Of a DNA stretch of 64,000 nucleotides, positions 10,024 to 20,539 are shown in pieces. The DNA lies in assembly GCA_963422265.1 (NCBI GenBank), contig OY729416.1, positions 448,001 through 512,000 of the forward strand. The letters run 5' to 3'. The stretch's first letter is position 1; every line of letters begins with the position of its first letter. This stretch comes from Thermodesulfobacteriota bacterium (GTDB lineage Bacteria > Desulfobacterota_D > UBA1144 > Nemesobacterales > UBA2774). Below the pieces are notes generated by a model, which made no database searches, was not told the DNA's origin, and worked only from the letters and a program-made list of their open reading frames with translations. The position numbers and the translations under genes are program-made.

Positions 10024-12060
10024 ATGATATGGCAGGATAAAATATCAAATTTTATAATAAATCCAATTACAATATATTCTTACTGCGCGTTAATTTCTGT
10101 ATTTGCAACCTATTATTTCATCAAGACTTGGAAAAGTATCAAGGAAATTTCTGAAGCTCTTGATGGGGCAATTGAGATAGTCACAGAAAATTCATCCCAA
10201 GAATCTAGAATCAAAATAGATTTTTATAACAACTTTAATGAAATTGATGATAAACTTAGGGAAATCCCACGATTATCTTATTATTGGGAAGAGTTTACCG
10301 AGAATCTAATCCATCCACCTGAGGATGAGAACAACAATATCGTATTAAATAGTCGTTTCCCATGCGACTATTTTGACGCTCAGGATCTCCTTGATAAACA
10401 AATAAACCTCAGACTAATTTTATCACTACCAAATATTTTAATTGGATTGGGGATATTAGGAACCTTCATCGGTTTGACAGCCGGAATATACTTGGCGTCA
10501 AGTGGTCTTGCCTCCAACAACCCGGAGCTTCTGACCTCGGCACTGGGGAAACTTTTAGAAGGTGCTTCGCTTGCCTTCTTCACTTCAATTACGGGCATTA
10601 TTTTATCAATTCTCTTTACTTTATGGAAAAAGCACGCAGTGAAAAAGGTAATCTCATCAACTGCAAGCTTTGTAAAAGCACTTGATGAACGACTTGAATA
10701 CCAAACGCAAGAGAAACTTACTTATGAAAGAGTTCAACGAATTTTGCAGCAACAATATAAAGCCCTAAATTCTTTCGCTACGGATCTTGCTGTTTCAATA
10801 GGGGATAATATAAAACAGCAAGTGGGAGAACCTCTCAATCAGAGGTTAAATGAATTTGTTAGCGTAATTAAGGATCTTGACGCTAGTCAAAGATCAACTT
10901 TAGACAAAGTCTCCGGGGAAATATCTGGAGCTGTTCACGATACTGTTGGTAGTGAAGTATCAGCACTTTCAGATACCTTAAAGTCTTCAAATACGATGTT
11001 ACAAGGCATGCTGAAGAGTATGCAGGATCAGCAACAGAATCTCGAGGGTGGCACTTTAAAGATAACGGAGCAATTACAGCGGAGCACAATAGAGAATAAC
11101 GAAAGGATGCAGCAAAAGATGAAAGATTCAATAGAGGAGTTCTCTGATTCATTAACGGAATCAACGCAAACCGCGTCGCAGACGTTTGTAGATAGTGCCA
11201 GCAAGTTTGCCGGGGAAATATCTGGAGCTGTTCACGATACTATTGGTAGTGAAGTATCAGCACTTTCAGATACCTTAAAGTCTTCAAATACGATGTTACA
11301 AGGCATGCTGAAGAGTATGCAGGATCAGCAACAGAATCTCGAGGGTGGCACTTTAAAGATAACGGAGCAATTACAGCGGAGCACAATAGAGAATAACGAA
11401 AGGATGCAGCAAAAGATGAAAGATTCAATAGAGGAGTTCTCTGATTCATTAATGGAATCAACGCAAACCGCGTCGCAGACGTTTGTAGATAGTGCCAGCA
11501 AGTTTTCAACGGAGGTTGTCGGGGTTCTCTCTGAGTTTAATCATGCGGTAGAGGCGTTTAAGTCTGCCTCGTCCGTATTGAACAAGACGGTTGAAATACT
11601 ACCTGAAAATTCTATCGCTTTTGATGAAGCGGCATCAAGCGTTAAAAGCGCAAGCGATGAACTAAGGATTACTGTAAACAACCTTTCAAATACCAATACT
11701 TCTATACGAAATGCCATTGCCGAATGCTCTCAAATCGCTGAGCAAGCCGGCGAGACTTCCGCTGTAATCGAAGAATTAGTAGAACAAATCAAGGGATTAT
11801 TAGAACGAGCTTCGGAATATAATGAAAATCTCAAAAACATCTGGAAGGATTATCAAAGTAGATTTGAAGGAGTGGATGTTTCCACCAAACTGATGTTTGA
11901 AGCTATTAATAAAGGTCTTAACTCTTATACAGGCGAAATAGGAAAATTCTCTAAAGATGTAGATTCTATGTTTGCTAAGGGCATGGATAAGATGTCTGGA
12001 GCCATTTTAGAGTTAAGTGAAGCAATTGAGGGTTTTGAGGAGGAGCTGAGGAGGGAATAA
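10024..12060 (+). CDS. zorA: Zorya anti-phage protein ZorA (MotA/ExbB-like TM domain plus long helical tail)
   Basis: LPNILIGLGILGTFIGL...AFFTSITGI channel motif followed by a long amphipathic tail; upstream of a zorB-like gene. Confidence 0.92.
   Translation: MIWQDKISNFIINPITIYSYCALISVFATYYFIKTWKSIKEISEALDGAIEIVTENSSQESRIKIDFYNNFNEIDDKLREIPRLSYYWEEFTENLIHPPEDENNNIVLNSRFPCDYFDAQDLLDKQINLRLILSLPNILIGLGILGTFIGLTAGIYLASSGLASNNPELLTSALGKLLEGASLAFFTSITGIILSILFTLWKKHAVKKVISSTASFVKALDERLEYQTQEKLTYERVQRILQQQYKALNSFATDLAVSIGDNIKQQVGEPLNQRLNEFVSVIKDLDASQRSTLDKVSGEISGAVHDTVGSEVSALSDTLKSSNTMLQGMLKSMQDQQQNLEGGTLKITEQLQRSTIENNERMQQKMKDSIEEFSDSLTESTQTASQTFVDSASKFAGEISGAVHDTIGSEVSALSDTLKSSNTMLQGMLKSMQDQQQNLEGGTLKITEQLQRSTIENNERMQQKMKDSIEEFSDSLMESTQTASQTFVDSASKFSTEVVGVLSEFNHAVEAFKSASSVLNKTVEILPENSIAFDEAASSVKSASDELRITVNNLSNTNTSIRNAIAECSQIAEQAGETSAVIEELVEQIKGLLERASEYNENLKNIWKDYQSRFEGVDVSTKLMFEAINKGLNSYTGEIGKFSKDVDSMFAKGMDKMSGAILELSEAIEGFEEELRRE
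10913..11506 (+). repeat. In-frame 297-bp (99-aa) tandem duplication within zorA
   Basis: 10913-11209 vs 11210-11506; the internal differences I found are 10945G/11242A (V/I) and 11156C/11453T (T/M), plus the last base. Confidence 0.97.
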
Positions 12061-12067
12061 AGCCACT

Positions 12068-12802
12068 GTGATTAGAACAAGAAATCAGGCGATTGCAAGA
12101 CAGGGTGCCGGCACGAATTATTTAGCGACAGTCAGTGATTTGATGGCTGGCATAGTATTTTTATTCATAATAACGCTAATTATTTTTGCTAAACAAATGA
12201 GCGAAAGAAACCAAGAAATAAGGCAGGCTTCCGAGACAAGACAGCAATTTCTGGAACAGTTGAAATACCGTCTGGTAAAACATAATATAGACGTTCAGGT
12301 GATTCTTGGAGAAGGAGTACTGCGCTTTCCCTCTGATGTGCGGGGTGATCTACTTACTACAGGAATCCGATTTAGAATTGGGGACGAAAAGCCTACCAAA
12401 GAATCTATAAAAGTCATTCCAATAATAGCTAGGGAGTTGAGTGAACTTACACCATGCTTTACTGCCAATTGGACGCCAAATTGCCCTGACAAAAAGCCAA
12501 ATTCCTTTGTAGGAACCATACTTATTGAGGGACACACTGATAATCTGCCGGTGAAACTAAACAGTCAACACATTAGATACAGGAATAATATGGAATTATC
12601 TTCTCTACGAGCAAATAGTATATTCCTGAATCTTAGACAGGATAAAGAAACGGGGGAGCAATTAATGAAATTAACAAACTCAAACGGAGAGCGAATATTG
12701 GGAGTTAGTGGCTATGGTGAGTTTCGTCCCATATCAGAAAAAGACAGTGAGAATCGCAGAATTGACCTAAGAGTTTTAATGGAGATTCCCAATAGAGGGT
12801 AA
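12068..12802 (+). CDS. zorB: Zorya ZorB (MotB-like TM plus OmpA-like peptidoglycan-binding domain)
   Basis: TVSDLMAGIVFLF (conserved Asp), IEGHTD, NMELSSLRA, GYGEFRP, NRRIDLR. Confidence 0.92.
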   Translation: MIRTRNQAIARQGAGTNYLATVSDLMAGIVFLFIITLIIFAKQMSERNQEIRQASETRQQFLEQLKYRLVKHNIDVQVILGEGVLRFPSDVRGDLLTTGIRFRIGDEKPTKESIKVIPIIARELSELTPCFTANWTPNCPDKKPNSFVGTILIEGHTDNLPVKLNSQHIRYRNNMELSSLRANSIFLNLRQDKETGEQLMKLTNSNGERILGVSGYGEFRPISEKDSENRRIDLRVLMEIPNRG

Positions 12803-12811
12803 GGTAGCACT

Positions 12812-14224
12812 GTGGAAAATGAGAAGGTTTTCCTCTCAGAGTTTATTAAGTCGCTGACAGAGCGAATTAAACCTTTAAGTAAAAAGCGTTTTGATGCTAC
12901 TAATTTGATGAAAGACTCCTACAATGCGATGGTCGCTAAATTGTCTTCAGATCCCAAGCCTCCCCCTAACTTTCAAATTGAGCAAATCGTAGATGAAGCA
13001 GCGAACATCGTAAAGTTAGGACGGTCTCTTTCTCAACTACCTTCAAGAAAATTTGACATACTAATCTGGGGGTTGTTTATTCTATTTGATAATCAGCCGC
13101 CTTTTTCGGATGACCACGATGCTTTTCTGCAATTTAAATCATACAAACCAGATATTTTAAGCTCTAGCAGACGGCTTCGGAGAATAGTTAAATCTTTCCT
13201 AAAGGAATATCCCATCGGATCAGGATTGTTTGATAAGTGGCGGGAGATGATTGAAGAGAGACTTAACAGGTCAAGCCATCTCACCCTAGACGAGTTTTGG
13301 GAAAATCACAGAGAAAAATTTTATCTAAACGCGACCTCCTTGCATGCGAAAAAATGGAGAAGCGAATACTCTGCTAATAACGAGTTTTTAAGTGATCTTA
13401 GTTTACCGCTGGATTACAATTTCGTGCGACAAATTGAATTGCGCATATTGGAAGAATATGAAGTGAATATAAATGAAGTTTCTGACAAGCTGGAATTAAC
13501 TCAGAGGCTTGTTGATCTTCTTGAGCTAGAGGAAAAGAAACTCAAAAATGAGAGTCACATAGAACAAATAGCAGACGCTTTGTTGCAACCGTGGAAAGAA
13601 GAGGATCCCCCTCCAGATGTGTTAAAGCTAATTATGCAATTTTTGCTTAAACACTTGGGTGATCCGCGATCGAGCAATTTTTCATCGGAACGTACTCCAA
13701 ATAAATGGCTACGCGTTGATGAAGATACAAAGCAGATAATGCTCAGATGGTTAGTAAAAGAGTCGTTGGAACAGTTCTTTCAAGTTGTTAGGGAAGTTGC
13801 TTTTGACCAACATTGGAAATACAGAGAGGAATTTTGGAGAGCTTATTATGAACTTGATGTTATAGAAGATGCTTGGGTTAGTTTTGGTCCTAAGGCACTT
13901 AGTCACGCTAAAGAACGGAATCTCCAGAAAGATTCCTACGCTGAACTATTGTCTGGAGCTTCCAATCACTCAGTTTTATTAATGCGTATGGGAAACTTAA
14001 CAATCGCGGAGTTTTCCCATAATGGGAAGTGCAATATCTTTAAGGATGAGAATCCAGATAAGCCAGTCTTATATAAAGGGTACTATAATGTTTACATGCT
14101 AAGAAATAGTCCGGACTTTGTTCAAATTCACCATGGATCAGAGCGGGGAACGTGGCAGCAGAGAGTAGCCGACTACGTCAGGCGAGAAACGGGCATATAC
14201 TTGGAGAGTTGGAACTATCTTTAA
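12812..14224 (+). CDS. zorC: Zorya ZorC (EH-signature domain protein)
   Basis: LGDPR, R.EFW..Y, IAEFSHNGK and H.G....WQ motifs; position between zorB and a SNF2 helicase. Confidence 0.85.
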   Translation: MENEKVFLSEFIKSLTERIKPLSKKRFDATNLMKDSYNAMVAKLSSDPKPPPNFQIEQIVDEAANIVKLGRSLSQLPSRKFDILIWGLFILFDNQPPFSDDHDAFLQFKSYKPDILSSSRRLRRIVKSFLKEYPIGSGLFDKWREMIEERLNRSSHLTLDEFWENHREKFYLNATSLHAKKWRSEYSANNEFLSDLSLPLDYNFVRQIELRILEEYEVNINEVSDKLELTQRLVDLLELEEKKLKNESHIEQIADALLQPWKEEDPPPDVLKLIMQFLLKHLGDPRSSNFSSERTPNKWLRVDEDTKQIMLRWLVKESLEQFFQVVREVAFDQHWKYREEFWRAYYELDVIEDAWVSFGPKALSHAKERNLQKDSYAELLSGASNHSVLLMRMGNLTIAEFSHNGKCNIFKDENPDKPVLYKGYYNVYMLRNSPDFVQIHHGSERGTWQQRVADYVRRETGIYLESWNYL

Positions 14225-14235
14225 TAGGAATCGGC

Positions 14236-17200
14236 ATGTGCGCTAAGTTGACCTATCACGTACAGGGTCGGTATATGGAGTTTACCGTTATTGACGGTGT
14301 AAACTCTATAAAATTTTCGGATTGGTCCACTATTAAAAGCCTACTGTCCCCCACGGGGCTTGAAGTTTCACCGGCCCCATTGCTTTTTCTTTACGAATCG
14401 GAAAAAGCTTTCTTAAGTAATAACGAAACAACCCTAAAAGTACCGAATGAAGAAGTAGCTTCTTCATCTGAATCAGAGAAGGTTAGATTGGGTTTCCCAC
14501 CAGTATTGCCTTATCTAATAGAAATACGTAGCAAGGGTAGGATTGACAATCTAAGAGATGAATTTCGTCTAAAAGTGTCTTATAAAGATAACAGAGGACG
14601 CCCAATACGGAAGCGGGTAAGACCTAAAGGTCCATTCTTAGTAGTTGGAGAAGAAAAGTACAGCCTGAACTCTGAGTTGTTTCAAATAATTCATCTAGTT
14701 GATGAGTTTGAATATAGCAAGATAGATAACCACAGAGATAGGTTTGAGCTGTGGGGAAGGATAAAAGCTCTCCTACCTGAAGACGCAATTGTTGACGATC
14801 ATCTCAAGCCAATCAACGTTATGGTTGCTACTGCCTTTAGCGTAAAACCGAATTTCTCTGATGTTGGGAAGCCTTCCTTTGACGTGATATTAGGATATAA
14901 CCGGCCGAGCGATAGCAACGAGGAACTCCTAGATTTCACTGAGCAAAAATCGTTTGATACAACTTTGCCTGTAGCACGCCAAGAACAATTTAACAACTAC
15001 TTCAGGAGTGACGGGGAGCCAAAGCGTCAATATCCTTGCGGGGGGAATTGGTACGTATTTATTGAACCTGACCTTCGCAAGGCGTTGACGGTCGTTAGGA
15101 AGGTATCAGAGTCTGGTTTGGACACTGTTCATAGATTCTTAGAAAATCCGCGGACGTATATACGTGAGAAATTGGGAGACGAAATTGATGAAGAGACGCT
15201 TGAAAATATGTTTCACGAGCTAAGCTTCGGAGATAGAGTTAGAGGGGTAGCTGAATGGCAAGTTCGAGTGGTACCATGGATCACGAAACCTACGGAGCAG
15301 TGGCTCCCTCCAGAGACGCTGGGAATAAGGTTTGGCAATGTTTCTATCGAAATTGACAAAAAAGATATTCCAACCCTAAAAGAAAGGGTAAAAGAGGCAT
15401 TGGACAAGGGTAAGACGGCAATACCTTACAAAGGCTATAGCATACCGGCTTCGCATGAAACGATAGGTGCTCTCAACGGGTTAATTGCAGAAGTAATTCC
15501 TAATAAGGATGAAATAAAACCTAGTGGGAAAGACGGTGGAGATAGAGATAGATATAAAGAGAATAGAAAAAGATACGTCCTTGAAATTGAAGATAACTTT
15601 GATGAGGTAACCTACAAAGCTACAGGTAAGAAGCGACGACGAACTTTCAGCGATTATCCGAAAAATCTAAAATCAAAGCTCTACGACCATCAGACCGCAG
15701 CGTTTAACTGGTTAAAAAAACACTGGAAGTTTGCCTCTCCTGGAGCCTTACTTGCCGATGACATGGGGCTTGGTAAGACCCTGGTCTCTCTATCTTTCCT
15801 TTCTTGGGTTCAGGATCAATTTCGTGCAGATGATAAACATAAGCCCCTTTTAATAGTGGCTCCGACTGGACTACTAAAGAACTGGTTAGATGAAATCTTT
15901 ATGCATTTGCAGGAGCCGGGATTAGGAGAAATTTTAAGGTGCTATGCAAGTGGTTTAAGAAAGCTTAAGAATCCACACGTTAAATCTCTTAACGAAATTA
16001 CTAAAGGTCATCCTATTCTGGATACTGAATCTTTAAAGTCGTGTGACTTAGCCTTAACTACGTATGAGTCTATGAGAGACTACAGAATGAGCTTCGCGCT
16101 TATTCAGTGGGGCTGCATAGTTTTTGATGAAGCGCAGAAAATTAAGAATCCAAGCTCCGATATGACCGATGCTGCTAAGGCAATGCAAAGTGAATTTATT
16201 CTTGCCCTAACGGGAACTCCAGTAGAAAACCGTCTCGCGGATCTCTGGTGTATTTTGGATACAGTGCAACCAGGACGATTAGGGTCAGTTCGTGAATTTT
16301 CTAAGAAATACGAAGCTCCAACTAGGAATAAAAAGACTGAAGCACTTGACAAACTTAGGAGCTTTCTAACTGATATCTCTTCACCACCAATAATGCTTAG
16401 GCGTTTTAAGGAGGAACATATAGATTGTCTGCCGACAAAGAAAATTGAAATTTACAAGGAAACAATGCCAGACGCTCAAGCTATTGCCTACAAAGACATC
16501 ATCAAACGAGAAAGAGAAACAACGGGAAAGCAAATATTACGAGTATTAAATGAAATGCGAAATAGCTCTCTACATCCATATCTAAAACGGAATGAGTCTG
16601 ATGATGATTATATTAACGACTCGGCAAGATTGCGTGCTGTTTTTGAGATACTTGATAGGGTTTATGGACAGAACGAGAAGGCTTTGTTGTTTGTTGAAAG
16701 CCGGGAAATGCAGCAAATCTTGTGTGAGATTATTCAGAGGAAATATCGATTAGGTTCTCCTCCCCTTATAATAAATGGGAAGATTAGCGGCGAAAAACGC
16801 AAAGCGAGAGTAGATGCCTTTCAAAACCGTAGTGGTTTTGGCGTAATGATTCTGTCACCAAAGGCAGGAGGGGTCGGACTCAATATTACCGCGGCAAGCC
16901 ATGTGGTTCATGTTTCTCGCTGGTGGAATCCGGCTACGGAAGATCAGTGCAACGATAGAGTATATAGAATTGGGCAAAAGAAAGATGTAACAATCCATGT
17001 TCCCCTCGCGATACACCCAGAATATGGGGATTACAGTTATGATCTAAAGCTCCATGACTTACTTGAAAAAAAGCGGTCCCTTAGTAGAACTATGCTTGAA
17101 CCCCCAACCTTTACGAGTGAAGAGAGCCGTTATTTATTCCAAGAGACAATTTCAGGAGGTCGCGCCAACGGAGCAGAACTCCAAGCTAATTTGAATAGCA

Positions 17201-17553
17201 TAGACTTAATGGAGCCTGTTCAATTTGAAGAATGGATACTTAAACAATTTAGCGACTCCGGCTATGAAGTAAAAAAGACGGGGGATTGCGAACTTGACGG
17301 ACTTGCAGTGAAAGGGGACTCCGGTTGGGCAATTCAGATCAAGCACATTCAGGGAAACTATAATTGCCCAGATAAAGCCGTTCAGAAAGTAATAGAAGGC
17401 ATCAACTATTACCCTGAGGCTAAAGGCTATAATAAACTCGTAGTAACAAACGCTAAAGACTTTACTTCCGCAGCGAGGTCCCTAGCAAAAGAGCAAGGGG
17501 TTAAACTTGTGGACCGCTGGGACCTACTAGACCAATTCTTCAATAATCTTTAA
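14236..17553 (+). CDS. zorD: Zorya ZorD: SNF2 helicase with C-terminal Mrr-like endonuclease
   Basis: LLADDMGLGKT, DEAQKIKN, LTGTPVEN, GGVGLN, WWNPATEDQCNDRVYRIGQ; C-terminal FEEWI...LDGLA...IQIKH; ATG 14236 with AGGA RBS. Confidence 0.9.
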   Translation: MCAKLTYHVQGRYMEFTVIDGVNSIKFSDWSTIKSLLSPTGLEVSPAPLLFLYESEKAFLSNNETTLKVPNEEVASSSESEKVRLGFPPVLPYLIEIRSKGRIDNLRDEFRLKVSYKDNRGRPIRKRVRPKGPFLVVGEEKYSLNSELFQIIHLVDEFEYSKIDNHRDRFELWGRIKALLPEDAIVDDHLKPINVMVATAFSVKPNFSDVGKPSFDVILGYNRPSDSNEELLDFTEQKSFDTTLPVARQEQFNNYFRSDGEPKRQYPCGGNWYVFIEPDLRKALTVVRKVSESGLDTVHRFLENPRTYIREKLGDEIDEETLENMFHELSFGDRVRGVAEWQVRVVPWITKPTEQWLPPETLGIRFGNVSIEIDKKDIPTLKERVKEALDKGKTAIPYKGYSIPASHETIGALNGLIAEVIPNKDEIKPSGKDGGDRDRYKENRKRYVLEIEDNFDEVTYKATGKKRRRTFSDYPKNLKSKLYDHQTAAFNWLKKHWKFASPGALLADDMGLGKTLVSLSFLSWVQDQFRADDKHKPLLIVAPTGLLKNWLDEIFMHLQEPGLGEILRCYASGLRKLKNPHVKSLNEITKGHPILDTESLKSCDLALTTYESMRDYRMSFALIQWGCIVFDEAQKIKNPSSDMTDAAKAMQSEFILALTGTPVENRLADLWCILDTVQPGRLGSVREFSKKYEAPTRNKKTEALDKLRSFLTDISSPPIMLRRFKEEHIDCLPTKKIEIYKETMPDAQAIAYKDIIKRERETTGKQILRVLNEMRNSSLHPYLKRNESDDDYINDSARLRAVFEILDRVYGQNEKALLFVESREMQQILCEIIQRKYRLGSPPLIINGKISGEKRKARVDAFQNRSGFGVMILSPKAGGVGLNITAASHVVHVSRWWNPATEDQCNDRVYRIGQKKDVTIHVPLAIHPEYGDYSYDLKLHDLLEKKRSLSRTMLEPPTFTSEESRYLFQETISGGRANGAELQANLNSIDLMEPVQFEEWILKQFSDSGYEVKKTGDCELDGLAVKGDSGWAIQIKHIQGNYNCPDKAVQKVIEGINYYPEAKGYNKLVVTNAKDFTSAARSLAKEQGVKLVDRWDLLDQFFNNL

Positions 17554-17689
17554 GCTGCTCCTAAAATTAACTCGCTTGCTTTTATCACTATCTAAGCTAA
17601 CATCTACTTCTATCTTAAATATCCACTTACTTCACCATTTCAGCATAATATACTATTGCAGCCTTTACTTTTAGGAGAGATCATCCGGA

Positions 17690-20539
17690 ATGTCGGAAGC
17701 TAAGAAAATTAACTATAGAGAAACCTTGAATCTTCCTAAAACGAGCTTTCCTATGAAGGCTAACCTTAGGCAAAAAGAACCTGAGTATCAGAAAAGATGG
17801 AAGAAAATAAATCTCTATGAAAGGGTCAGAGAAAACTGCAGGGGGAGGGGCAAGTTCATATTCCATGATGGTCCCCCTTATGCGAATGGTCCCATACACT
17901 TAGGTCATCTGCTTAACAAGGTCTTAAAAGATATAGTTGTTCGGTCAAAGATGATGCTCGGTTACGACGTAAATTTTGTTCCGGGCTGGGATTGTCATGG
18001 ACTTCCAATAGAGCACAAGGTGCTTAAAGAGCTCGGAGAAGGAGCTAAACATCTATCTAAATTAAAAATCAGATACAAATGTCAGTCATACGCCGAGAAA
18101 TACCTAAAATTACAGTCAAAGCAATTGCAGAGACTAGGCACGATTGCGGACTATGATAATCCTTATTTATCAATGACTCCCGATTATGAAGCGGGCGTTC
18201 TTGAGATTTTTGCCAAGCTAGTTGAAAGAGGATTGGTGTATAGAGCTCTGAAACCCGTCCATTGGTCAATCGAAAATCAGACGGCTCTTGCGGACGCGGA
18301 ACTTGAGTATTACGAGAGAAAAGACCGAAGCATCTACATTTTATTTGAAATTGAAAATCCTGAAGATATGCCGAGTAGCCTAAACGTGCCCGTAGGCTCA
18401 AAGCCTACGCTTATGATCTGGACAACTACCCCTTGGACGTTGCCTGCAAACTTGGCTATCGCAGTATCTCCCAAGGCGAGCTATAGCTTATATAAAGCCG
18501 TTAAAGGTGGAAGAACTCATTATACGATCCTTGTTGACAATTTAGCTGAAAAGGTATTCAAGAAGGCAGGATGGGATAATTTTAAGAAATTAGGCGAGTG
18601 TGAAGGGGAGAAACTAACAGCACGTTCTATAGCATATAAGCATCCTTTCGTAGATAGGACTGGCAAAGTCTTTACCGCTGACTACGTTACCTTTGAGGAA
18701 GGCACTGGGATTGTTCACACTGCTCCAGGTCATGGCATTGAGGATTACCAGACGGGGTTGAAAGAGGGGTTAGATGCTTATTCTCCCGTCCTAGCGGATG
18801 GGACGTTTGACGATAGCGTTCCTGAGTGGATACGCGGCGAGAGCGTCTGGACAGGAAATAAAATCATAACTGAATACCTAAGGAAGAATGGGAGTCTATT
18901 TTATGAGGAAGAATACTTACATAGCTATCCACATGATTGGAGGAGTAAGACTCCAACTATATTCAGGGCTACCGAACAGTGGTTCATAAGCGTAGATGGA
19001 CTAGGTAAAGGGCTTGATAGGAGTCTTAGAGAATTAGCCCTTAATAGTAGTGCCGAAGGGGGGATAGCTTTTTTTCCTGAATGGGGAAGAAATAGGTTGA
19101 GAGGAATGCTTGAGGCAAGACCTGATTGGTGTATCAGCCGTCAAAGGGCGTGGGGACTTCCAATCCCGGCTTTTATTAACAAAGACGGTCAGGTTTTACT
19201 AACCAGCGAATCAGTGAAGGTAGTAGCCGATAAGGTAAGAAAACATGGCTCTAACTGTTGGTTTAAGGCTCAGCCTGATGAGTTACTCGAGGGATATGAT
19301 CCATCTAATGATGAAGATGCTCCCAAGTGGGCCAGAGATAGAGATGCTCTGAACGAGTTGCATCTAGGAATGGATATTTTTGACGTCTGGTTTGAATCGG
19401 GATCCTCTTGGTATTCAGTGCTTGAGCAGCGTAACCTCGGCTATCCTGCTGATCTTTATTTAGAAGGCTCTGATCAACATAGGGGATGGTTTCAGCTTTC
19501 TTTGCTGCCGGCGCTTGGCGCAACGGGTATTGCTCCTTTCAAAGCGCTTCTCACGCACGGGTTTATAGTAGATGGGCAGGGAAAAAAAATGAGCAAGTCA
19601 GGCGGCAACGCTCTTGAGGTTGAGGGGTTGCTGAAGAAGCACGGAGCCGATATTTGTAGGTGGTGGGTAAGCTCTCTTAAATATACGAATGACGTAAAGG
19701 TTGATTGGGAATTCTTCAAAGTGGCGAGTGATGAATACAGAAAAGTTAGAAACACGTTAAAATTTCTACTTGGCAACATCTATGATTTCAATCCAGAAAA
19801 TGACGCGGTCAAATTTATGGAAGAAGACAGGTTCTCGCTTGATAGTTGGGCAATGAGGGAACTAGCAACGTTTGCGACGCAAACGAATAAGGCTTATGAA
19901 AATTTTGAATATAAAATGGCCAATGAACTCATATTTCGCTTTTGTTATGAGACGCTGAGCGCCGTATATCTCGCCGCCATTAAAGACCGACTGTATTGCG
20001 AAAGCCCGGGAAGTAGGAAGAGAAGAAGATCGCAAACCGTTATATACAAAGTTACGTATGCTCTGATCAAACTCTTAGCACCAATACTCGCTCATACGTC
20101 GGATGAAGCATATCTTAGCTTGAAAGGTGAGACTATGGACTCCACAGATAGCATCCATTTATGCGCAATGCCTGATATTATATCTGTAGATGCCGATGAG
20201 AATTGGGATCGGGTTATGGATTTAAGAAGCAAATCACTAAAGGCGCTTGAAGAAGCTAAGGAATCTGACGGGGCAAGCAACCCTCTTGACGTCGGCATCG
20301 AGGCAGAACTTGATACTAGGTCTTATGAGAAGCTGAAACCCTTTGAGCCAGAGCTTGCCGACCTATGTGGAGTGAGCAGGTTTAACTTAGTTAGAGCTCA
20401 GGATTTTTCTATATCTATTCGCGATCTTTCTAACGAACCTAGATGCGAGCGCTCTTGGAAAAGAGATGGCACCGTTAAAGAGCGTCGAGATAAAGGATTT
20501 CTATCCGACCGTGACGCAGAAGCGTTAGGACTATCTTAA
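17690..20539 (+). CDS. ileS: Isoleucyl-tRNA synthetase (type 1)
   Basis: HDGPPYANG.IHLGH, GWDCHGLPIE, WTTTPWT, EGSDQHRGWF, KMSKS. Confidence 0.97.
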   Translation: MSEAKKINYRETLNLPKTSFPMKANLRQKEPEYQKRWKKINLYERVRENCRGRGKFIFHDGPPYANGPIHLGHLLNKVLKDIVVRSKMMLGYDVNFVPGWDCHGLPIEHKVLKELGEGAKHLSKLKIRYKCQSYAEKYLKLQSKQLQRLGTIADYDNPYLSMTPDYEAGVLEIFAKLVERGLVYRALKPVHWSIENQTALADAELEYYERKDRSIYILFEIENPEDMPSSLNVPVGSKPTLMIWTTTPWTLPANLAIAVSPKASYSLYKAVKGGRTHYTILVDNLAEKVFKKAGWDNFKKLGECEGEKLTARSIAYKHPFVDRTGKVFTADYVTFEEGTGIVHTAPGHGIEDYQTGLKEGLDAYSPVLADGTFDDSVPEWIRGESVWTGNKIITEYLRKNGSLFYEEEYLHSYPHDWRSKTPTIFRATEQWFISVDGLGKGLDRSLRELALNSSAEGGIAFFPEWGRNRLRGMLEARPDWCISRQRAWGLPIPAFINKDGQVLLTSESVKVVADKVRKHGSNCWFKAQPDELLEGYDPSNDEDAPKWARDRDALNELHLGMDIFDVWFESGSSWYSVLEQRNLGYPADLYLEGSDQHRGWFQLSLLPALGATGIAPFKALLTHGFIVDGQGKKMSKSGGNALEVEGLLKKHGADICRWWVSSLKYTNDVKVDWEFFKVASDEYRKVRNTLKFLLGNIYDFNPENDAVKFMEEDRFSLDSWAMRELATFATQTNKAYENFEYKMANELIFRFCYETLSAVYLAAIKDRLYCESPGSRKRRRSQTVIYKVTYALIKLLAPILAHTSDEAYLSLKGETMDSTDSIHLCAMPDIISVDADENWDRVMDLRSKSLKALEEAKESDGASNPLDVGIEAELDTRSYEKLKPFEPELADLCGVSRFNLVRAQDFSISIRDLSNEPRCERSWKRDGTVKERRDKGFLSDRDAEALGLS

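Noticed and set aside
10024-12802. MotA/MotB flagellar stator or ExbB/TolQ genes
   Set aside because: The long ZorA tail and adjacent EH-signature and SNF2-Mrr genes indicate Zorya; there are no flagellar or tonB genes nearby
14152-14235. Extended ZorD N-terminus from the ORF track
   Set aside because: Overlaps zorC; ATG 14236 has an RBS and follows the zorC stop by 11 bp
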